Source: Xanthomonas campestris pv. campestris str. ATCC 33913 (GTDB lineage: Bacteria > Pseudomonadota > Gammaproteobacteria > Xanthomonadales > Xanthomonadaceae). From it: a stretch of 32,000 bases of DNA. This document shows, piece after piece, positions 9,818-15,705 of this stretch; within the stretch, counting starts at the first letter, position 1; every line of letters starts with the position of its first letter. The stretch is taken from the NCBI RefSeq assembly GCF_000007145.1, contig NC_003902.1:4733426-4765425 (forward strand), written 5' to 3'. Both the position numbers and the translations under genes were made by a program. The notes under the pieces were generated by a model, which searched no databases, had not been told where the DNA came from, and was given only the letters and a program-made list of their open reading frames with translations.

Positions 9818-10635
9818 GCCGCATCCCGCTGAGCCGCGACGACACCGCCATCCTGGTGCCGGCCTTGAACGAGTCGCTGCGCATCCGCGAAGTGGTCAAC
9901 GACGCGCTGACCTATTGCTCGCAGGTGATCGTGATCGACGACGGCTCCGATGACGGCACCGCCGATTGCATCGCCGATTTGCCGGTCACCCTGATCCGCC
10001 ACCCGCAGCGCATGGGCAAGGGCGCCGCACTGCGTAGCGGCTTTGCCGAAGCCCAGCGGCAAGGCATGCGCGCGGTGATGACCATGGACGGCGACGGCCA
10101 GCACAGGGCCGCCGATTTCCCGCGCCTGCTGGCTGCGGCGAACCGCCACCCGGGCGCGGTGATCGTGGGCGCGCGCATGCGCAAGCGGGCCACCCAGCCC
10201 ACCATCCGCCGCATCGGCAACGACTTCGGCGACTGGGGCATCGCCTGGGCCTGCGGCTTCCGGCTGGTCGACAGCCAAAGCGGCCAGCGCCTGTATCCGG
10301 CCTCGGTGTTCACCCTGCCCAACGTGCCCGGCGAAGGCTTCGTGTTCGAAGCACAACTGCTGATCTCCGCCGCGCGCCAGGCCGGTGCGCGCGTGGTCGC
10401 GGTGCCGATCGAAACCCGGTACGCGGGCACCTCGCCCGGCACCTTCCGCAAGAGCCATTTCCGGCTGGTTCGCGATCTGTGGAACATCACCTCGCACGTG
10501 GTCAAGCAGGTGTGGGCTTACGGCCACATCTGGCGCGAATACCGCCGCGTGCGCGCACACCCGGTGCTGATTGACGACCCGGACGGCGAATTTGCTACTG
10601 TGCCCGCGGTCACCAAGAGCAATCCATCCACATGA
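9814..10635 (+). CDS. Family 2 glycosyltransferase
   Basis: 273-aa ORF with an ATGA overlap with the upstream gene. GT2 hallmarks are present: AILVPALNES, VIVIDDGSDDGT and TMDGDGQH (DxD-type). Confidence 0.85.
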   Translation: MSRIPLSRDDTAILVPALNESLRIREVVNDALTYCSQVIVIDDGSDDGTADCIADLPVTLIRHPQRMGKGAALRSGFAEAQRQGMRAVMTMDGDGQHRAADFPRLLAAANRHPGAVIVGARMRKRATQPTIRRIGNDFGDWGIAWACGFRLVDSQSGQRLYPASVFTLPNVPGEGFVFEAQLLISAARQAGARVVAVPIETRYAGTSPGTFRKSHFRLVRDLWNITSHVVKQVWAYGHIWREYRRVRAHPVLIDDPDGEFATVPAVTKSNPST

Positions 10636-12257
10636 GTGCACAACGCGCAGATGTCGTGATCACCGGCGGTGGCCTGGCCGGCCTGAGCCTGGCGCTGCAG
10701 TTGCGCCAACGCGATCCGGCACTGGCCATCACCGTGCTGGAACGCCGCGCACACCCGGTGCGCGAGGCGGCCTTCAAGGTCGGCGAATCGACCGTGGAGA
10801 TTGGCGCGCATTACTTCGCCGATGTGCTCGGCCTGCGCGAGCATCTGGAAGCCGAGCAGATCCGCAAGTTCGGTTTCCGCTTCTTCTTCTCCGACAAGCG
10901 CGACGACATCGACCGCTGCACCGAACTGGGTGTCAGCAAGATCCTGCCGACGCCGTCATGGCAGATCGACCGTGGCCGCTTCGAGAACTTCCTCGGCGAA
11001 CGCGCCCGCGCGCAAAGCATCGCGTTTTTGGATAGCTGCAGCGTCAAGGGCGTGGACCTGAGCGACGACGATGCCAGCGACCACAGCGTGCGCTACGAAC
11101 GCGGCGGCGAAGCCGGCACGCTCAACGCACGCTGGGTGGTGGATGCCAGCGGCCGCGCAGGATTACTCAAGCGTAAGTTGGGCCTGGCGCAGGACAACGC
11201 GCACGACGCCAACGCGGTGTGGTGGCGGGTGGAAGGACTGATAGACCCCAATGCCTGGTCGCAGGACAGCAGCTGGCTGCAGCGCTGCACGCCGCCGGAC
11301 CGCTGGCGTTCGACCAATCACATGTGCGGGCCGGGTTACTGGTTCTGGCTGATTCCGCTGTCGTCCGGTGCGCATTCGCTGGGCATCGTCTGCGATGCGG
11401 CGATGCATCCGCTGGAAACAATGAACACCCATGACAAGGCGATGGCCTGGCTGCGCACGCATCAGCCGCAGGTTGCCGCCACCCTGGACCAGACCGATTA
11501 CCGGCTGCAGGACTTCCTGTTCCTGCGCAACTTCTCCTACGGCTGCAAGCAGGTGTTTTCCACCCAGCGCTGGGCGCTCACCGGCGAGGCGGGTGTGTTC
11601 CTGGACCCGTTCTATTCGCCTGGCAGCGACTTCATCGCCATCTCCAACACCTACATCTGCGAACTGATCGGCCGCGACCGCGCCGGCCGCTCGCTCAGTC
11701 CCTACGTGGAGCTTTACGAGCAGCTGTACTTCTCGTTCTACGAAAACACCTTGAGCCTGTATCAGGACCAGTACGCCTTGTTCGGCGATGCCCAGGTGAT
11801 GCCGGTCAAGGTGATCTGGGACTACACCTATTACTGGTCGTTGCTGGCGCCGCTGTTCTGCAGCGGGCGCATCGCCGACCTGGGCCTGCTGGCGCGCATG
11901 AAGGCGGACTTCTTCCATGCGCGCGACATGAATCTGGCCATGCAGCGCGTGCTGCATGACTGGGGCCAGCACAACACCGCGCTGGGCACGGTTACCGGTG
12001 ACGGCCGCCTGCTCGATCAATACCTGATCGGCTGGTTCAATGAACTCAACGGCGCACTGCACGACACCCTGGACGACGAGGCATTTGCTGCGCGCATCCA
12101 CGCCAACATCGCGCGCATGGCGGTGCTGGCACGCGAGATCCTGGAACAGGCTCGCCAACGCCACCCCGCCCTGCCCGACCACGGCCTGGCCGCACTCACC
12201 GCCAACGCCGTCGGCGACCCGATCCTCACCGCCGCGTGGTATGCCGACGCGGCGTGA
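10632..12257 (+). CDS. Flavin-dependent halogenase (paralog 1)
   Basis: 541-aa ORF with an ATGA overlap with the GT2 gene. It has the N-terminal FAD fold VVITGGGLAGLSLAL. Both halogenase signatures are present: WxWxIP (GYWFWLIPL) and FxxPxxSxG (FLDPFYSPGSDF). Confidence 0.85.
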   Translation: MSAQRADVVITGGGLAGLSLALQLRQRDPALAITVLERRAHPVREAAFKVGESTVEIGAHYFADVLGLREHLEAEQIRKFGFRFFFSDKRDDIDRCTELGVSKILPTPSWQIDRGRFENFLGERARAQSIAFLDSCSVKGVDLSDDDASDHSVRYERGGEAGTLNARWVVDASGRAGLLKRKLGLAQDNAHDANAVWWRVEGLIDPNAWSQDSSWLQRCTPPDRWRSTNHMCGPGYWFWLIPLSSGAHSLGIVCDAAMHPLETMNTHDKAMAWLRTHQPQVAATLDQTDYRLQDFLFLRNFSYGCKQVFSTQRWALTGEAGVFLDPFYSPGSDFIAISNTYICELIGRDRAGRSLSPYVELYEQLYFSFYENTLSLYQDQYALFGDAQVMPVKVIWDYTYYWSLLAPLFCSGRIADLGLLARMKADFFHARDMNLAMQRVLHDWGQHNTALGTVTGDGRLLDQYLIGWFNELNGALHDTLDDEAFAARIHANIARMAVLAREILEQARQRHPALPDHGLAALTANAVGDPILTAAWYADAA

Positions 12258-12260
12258 CAA

Positions 12261-12905
12261 CTACCCCTCTTTAAGTGACCGTTTTCGATAAAGAGAATTT
12301 ACGTCAGCTTTAAACTGAGCATAAGAGGGGAGTTGGCAAATGGGTCCTTCTGCATCTATAGCAGAAACTAACCTAGCGCGCATTTTACCGAACAAGTTTT
12401 TAAACTTCTTAAGCTTGATTCCCTGTAGTTCGCTGCATTCACATAATGCATCTAGCAGGAGCCTTTTACTATCGACGACGTTCTCCAAAGCTTTAATTGC
12501 AGGTACGCAACCGATCTCACCGTAGCTAGCTTTTCCTGCCACCCTACTAATCGCCGTCATATCCACCAATAGCCACGTTTCAAGCATTTTCACTGGCACA
12601 ACGGGAATCACGGCTTCCGGGTCGAAAATTCCGACGCAGGCATCCTGTATCTCCTGTCGCCTAGCTTTCAGACCCTTAGAATCAGCGTCTCGGTGCACAA
12701 ATATCACGTCCGCGGATGGATACAGATCGCGTACAGCTAGCAACTTTTCTTTTACTGAATGACCGACATGAAACGGCAACCTTGATGGGTCAAAAGGTGT
12801 TCCACTAACCTCTGAGAAACCAGCATTTACCAACAATGTCTCAATGTGGTCAACCAAATTTAAATCTGATGCGCCTTCGCCAGTCAGCACAAACCTGATC
12901 TTCAT
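12261..12905 (-). CDS. Small TOPRIM-like protein (DUF4276/RloB/DUF4435-type pattern), putative nuclease partner of the ATPase
   Basis: 214-aa ORF. Its ATG (12905) overlaps the ATPase stop (ATGA). The motif order is that of the TOPRIM fold: MKIRFVLTGEGASD (Glu10), VIFVHRDADS (Asp73-x-Asp75), PVKMLETWLLVD (Glu109). The family assignment was made by eye, not by HMM. Confidence 0.7.
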   Translation of the reverse strand: MKIRFVLTGEGASDLNLVDHIETLLVNAGFSEVSGTPFDPSRLPFHVGHSVKEKLLAVRDLYPSADVIFVHRDADSKGLKARRQEIQDACVGIFDPEAVIPVVPVKMLETWLLVDMTAISRVAGKASYGEIGCVPAIKALENVVDSKRLLLDALCECSELQGIKLKKFKNLFGKMRARLVSAIDAEGPICQLPSYAQFKADVNSLYRKRSLKEG

Positions 12906-14320
12906 ACGGTGGCTTCCAGATTTATCGCTACACCGGTCGTTTTGAGGTTAAGAGATATCTGCCTATCAGGCGGCAATTCAAGATAAGAAATTATGGAGGC
13001 GCGATCAATTCCATTACCTTCCTCATCAGAGAATCTCCAGCTTTCGCGCAAACATTTACATCTTATAGTTGTAGCCGGCATTCCATTGGGACCTTTGACC
13101 TTAACCACATCTGCAAATATCAAATCATTCGGCTCTTCCAAAGAGACCAGGACAGGCGAGTGTGTTGCTACTACGATCTGCCTCATAGAGTTTGATTCAG
13201 ACACCTCATCGTGAGGATCGACGGACAGTTCTTTCAACAATGCCAACATTGCTCCAACTCGTGCAGGATGAATCCCATTTTCGGGCTCCTCGAAGCACAA
13301 AACACCATTAAAATCAGGATCTTCCGCAATTATTGAGAGTGCTAAGAATCTCAAAGTTCCATCAGAAAGTGCGCGAGCAGGTAAAAACGCGCCGCTCCTT
13401 TCTTTGACCTCGACGGTTAAAAGCTGACGGACCTGATCTACATCTACTCGAATGTCAGAGGTGGGCACAATTTCGGATAGTCGACTTGCTACACGGGTGT
13501 AAACAGAGGGATCTTTCCTGTGTAGCTTGTAAAGTGCCGCCCCTAGGCGCCCGCCCCCTGAACTGACCGCACCTTCTTCGTGTATTTTATTAGAGCGTCG
13601 CATCGCGCTTGGCTCGAGCGACAGAAACCGCCAAGACTGCATCTCGCGCCTAGCCGCAAGAATTGTGGGCCAGACGCCGCTATTAGTGTTGGACACCACC
13701 GTCTTAGGCGCATTCCTCGCAGGGAACTTCTGCGGCTGCCCGCTACTTCCTCCATCCTGATGGAGATGGATCTCAACAATTCCATCACGATCCTGATGCG
13801 TGGAGATAAAACCTGCACCTTTTCGTTTGTTAATTACAATATTTTCCCTAAACTTTGCCGCACTCATAGGAAAGCGCAACCGATCTACAGCCTCTCCTTT
13901 ATTAATGTGAATCAAAGTTTCTTTAACTAGATGCAAGCCAAGAGAGCCAGACTCTCGCTCGCCATCATCTCTCGCTAGCTCGACCTCGTAACGCAAGAAA
14001 GTTGAAGTTGCTTTTGCACGACGTCCGAAATCATCAATAACGTCGACAGGGACAATCATTTCAACGGCAAGAGAAAGGCGCTCGGATCTAAATTCGCCAT
14101 TTGTCCAAAAAATATCAAGTGGATCAGTGGAATCAGACTCTCTAACTTCTAAAGCAGCCTCCACTATTGATTTATCTGCTAAAAGAGATAAAAACTTTAT
14201 TGAGTCAAATATATTTGACTTACCAACCCCATTGAGCCCCGCAACGCAGTTAAAAGGCCCGAAGTTTACTGAAAATCCCAGGAGGTTTTTAAAGCAATTT
14301 ACTTCAAGCCGCGTTAACAT
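12902..14320 (-). CDS. ABC/SMC-type ATPase (AAA_15/AAA_21-like, OLD/AriA/AbiLi/PtuA-class head)
   Basis: 472-aa ORF. Motifs: Walker A GLNGVGKS (res 28-35); signature-like ALSDGTLRFLAL (res 317-328); Walker B plus D-loop VLCFEEPENGIHP (res 340-352); H-loop VVATHSPV (res 383-390). An AGGAG lies 9 nt upstream of the ATG. Confidence 0.9.
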   Translation of the reverse strand: MLTRLEVNCFKNLLGFSVNFGPFNCVAGLNGVGKSNIFDSIKFLSLLADKSIVEAALEVRESDSTDPLDIFWTNGEFRSERLSLAVEMIVPVDVIDDFGRRAKATSTFLRYEVELARDDGERESGSLGLHLVKETLIHINKGEAVDRLRFPMSAAKFRENIVINKRKGAGFISTHQDRDGIVEIHLHQDGGSSGQPQKFPARNAPKTVVSNTNSGVWPTILAARREMQSWRFLSLEPSAMRRSNKIHEEGAVSSGGGRLGAALYKLHRKDPSVYTRVASRLSEIVPTSDIRVDVDQVRQLLTVEVKERSGAFLPARALSDGTLRFLALSIIAEDPDFNGVLCFEEPENGIHPARVGAMLALLKELSVDPHDEVSESNSMRQIVVATHSPVLVSLEEPNDLIFADVVKVKGPNGMPATTIRCKCLRESWRFSDEEGNGIDRASIISYLELPPDRQISLNLKTTGVAINLEATV

Positions 14321-14329
14321 TTAACAGCG

Positions 14330-14334
14330 CTCCT
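14330..14334 (-). promoter_or_regulatory. Shine-Dalgarno (AGGAG) of the islet ATPase gene
   Basis: The minus strand reads ...TATCATATTTAGGAGCGCTGTTAAATG, with AGGAG spaced 9 nt from the ATG at 14320. Confidence 0.6.
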
Positions 14335-14361
14335 AAATATGATAAGCATACCTGAGAAAAT

Positions 14362-15099
14362 TCAGCCCATGCCGCCGTTGATGCCAATCACCTGGCCGTT
14401 GATGTAACCAGCCACATCCGAGCACAGGAACGCCACCAGCGCGGCAACTTCGTCGGGTTTGCCAACGCGGCCAGCCGGCACCATCTGCTTGATCATCTCC
14501 GGCGCGAAGCTGTCGCCGACCATCTCGCTTTCGATCACGCCCGGTGCGACCACGTTGACGGCGATGCCGCGGCTGGCCATCTCGCGCGCGAGCGATTTAC
14601 TGGCGCCGTGCAGCGCGGCCTTGGCAGCGGCGTAATTGGTCTGGCCGCGATTGCCCAGCACCGCCGCCACCGACGACACGCTGACGATGCGGCCCCAGCG
14701 CGCGCGCGCCATCGGCAGCAGCAGCGGTTGGGTGACATTGAAGAAACCGTGCAGCGACACATCGATGACCCGATGCCACTGTTGCGCGTTCATGCCGGCC
14801 ATCGGCGCATCGTCGTGGATGCCGGCGTTGTTGACCACGATGTGGATCGGCCCGGCCTCCAGCAACGCCGCCAATGCATCCGCACTGGCCTGCGCATCGG
14901 CCACATCGAAGGCCACCGCTTCGGCACTGCCGCCCGCGGCCACGATGGACGCCACCACTTCTTCGGCACGGGCGAGATTGCGATTGGCATGCACAAGGAC
15001 GTGCCGGCCCTGCGCCGCTAGCTGACGGCAGATCGCACCGCCAAGATCGCCGCTACCGCCGGTGACCAGCGCACGGCGCTGTGGAACAGATGTGCTCAT
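14362..15099 (-). CDS. 3-oxoacyl-ACP reductase (FabG-like SDR ketoreductase)
   Basis: 245-aa ORF. It has the cofactor motif ALVTGGSGDLGGAI, NNAG, the catalytic region SSVAAVLGNRGQTNYAAAKAAL (S...YxxxK), and the C-terminus GQVIGINGGMG. A GAGG lies 6 nt upstream of the ATG. Confidence 0.9.
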   Translation of the reverse strand: MSTSVPQRRALVTGGSGDLGGAICRQLAAQGRHVLVHANRNLARAEEVVASIVAAGGSAEAVAFDVADAQASADALAALLEAGPIHIVVNNAGIHDDAPMAGMNAQQWHRVIDVSLHGFFNVTQPLLLPMARARWGRIVSVSSVAAVLGNRGQTNYAAAKAALHGASKSLAREMASRGIAVNVVAPGVIESEMVGDSFAPEMIKQMVPAGRVGKPDEVAALVAFLCSDVAGYINGQVIGINGGMG

Positions 15100-15180
15100 G
15101 GAAACCTCGTCGGGGCCGCAACTGGCAGCAGCAAGCGCACCATCCTAGCGATTCACGCGCGTCGCCGGAACCGCCCCCCA

Positions 15181-15249
15181 CGTAGGAGCGCGCTTGCGCG
15201 CGATGACGCGTTCCCGTGAATGCCTATCGCGCGCGAGCGCGCTCCTACG
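15181..15249. repeat. REP-like imperfect palindrome (GTAGGAGCGCGC...-type Xanthomonas intergenic element)
   Basis: The left arm is cgtaggagcgcgcttgcgcgcgat (15181-15204). The right arm is atcgcgcgcgagcgcgctcctacg (15226-15249). The arms are reverse complements with 1 mismatch in 24, separated by a 21-nt spacer. The element lies in the 168-bp gap between the dehydratase and KR genes. Confidence 0.8.
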
Positions 15250-15267
15250 CGAAGTCAGAACGATCGA

Positions 15268-15705
15268 TTAGGCCCGCGCGGCGCCCAACATCACCGTGGC
15301 GCGCCCTTCGGCCAGCAACTGCTCGCCGTGGGTGAGCCGGAAGCTGTATTGCTGGCTGTCCTCGCCCTGCAGCAACACCTGCGCTTGGCAGGTGATCGCA
15401 TCGGGCAGGTCATCGAGATAGGCCACGTGCAACTCCACGCCGCGTAGCGCCACCAGCATGCCCGGGCGCACCGGTTTGCCCGATGCCTGCCCCAGCAACC
15501 CACCGTGCACCGCCATCGCCTGCGCGCCGTATTCGCACAGATGCAGCGCACGCAGGCGGCCATCGGCACGCAATGGGTGCTCGGCGCTGTGATGCGCGCG
15601 GCTCTGCACCACGATACGCTGCGCGTCCCAGTCCAGCACCGCTTCCCACAGGCACATGGCGCCCTGGTGCGGAATCAGCGCCGCAATCGCCTCACGTCCG
15701 AGCAT
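15268..15705 (-). CDS. Hot-dog fold dehydratase-like protein (FabA/FabZ-related, aryl-polyene type)
   Basis: 145-aa ORF beginning MLGREAIAALIPHQGAMCLWEAVLDWD. Its size, N-terminal pattern and cluster context match the ApeP/ApeI-type dehydratases. It overlaps the MMPL stop by 14 nt. Confidence 0.7.
   Translation of the reverse strand: MLGREAIAALIPHQGAMCLWEAVLDWDAQRIVVQSRAHHSAEHPLRADGRLRALHLCEYGAQAMAVHGGLLGQASGKPVRPGMLVALRGVELHVAYLDDLPDAITCQAQVLLQGEDSQQYSFRLTHGEQLLAEGRATVMLGAARA

Larger units (their letters stand above)
12258..14361. other. AT-rich two-gene genomic islet inserted between convergent pigment-cluster genes
   Basis: There is an abrupt composition change. Hand counts give 27/60 GC at 12301-12360 and 23/60 at 14101-14160, versus 45/60 at 12181-12240 just outside. 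The islet begins 3 nt after the halogenase stop (12255-12257). It ends immediately before the KR stop (14362-14364). Codon usage is rich in AAA/TTT/ATT/GAT, unlike the flanking genes. Confidence 0.85.

Noticed and set aside
12231-12253. Short hairpin gccgcgt-N9-acgcggc at the very end of halogenase 1, considered as a terminator for the islet genes and the halogenase.
   Set aside because: It has only a 7-bp stem and a large loop, lies inside coding sequence, and has no U-tract. This is too weak to call.
12340-14324. Small + strand ORFs inside the islet (12340..12525, 12993..13214, 13580..13930, 14127..14324).
   Set aside because: All are antisense to the two long, motif-bearing minus-strand genes. 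They are short, lack RBS or motifs, and are expected by chance in AT-richer DNA.
12258-14361. Interpretation of the AT-rich islet as an IS element, transposon or prophage remnant.
   Set aside because: I recognised no transposase, integrase or phage structural gene. I saw no terminal inverted repeats or target-site duplication at the junctions. Both ORFs have ATPase and TOPRIM-like motifs instead. It is retained as a foreign islet of unknown mobility.
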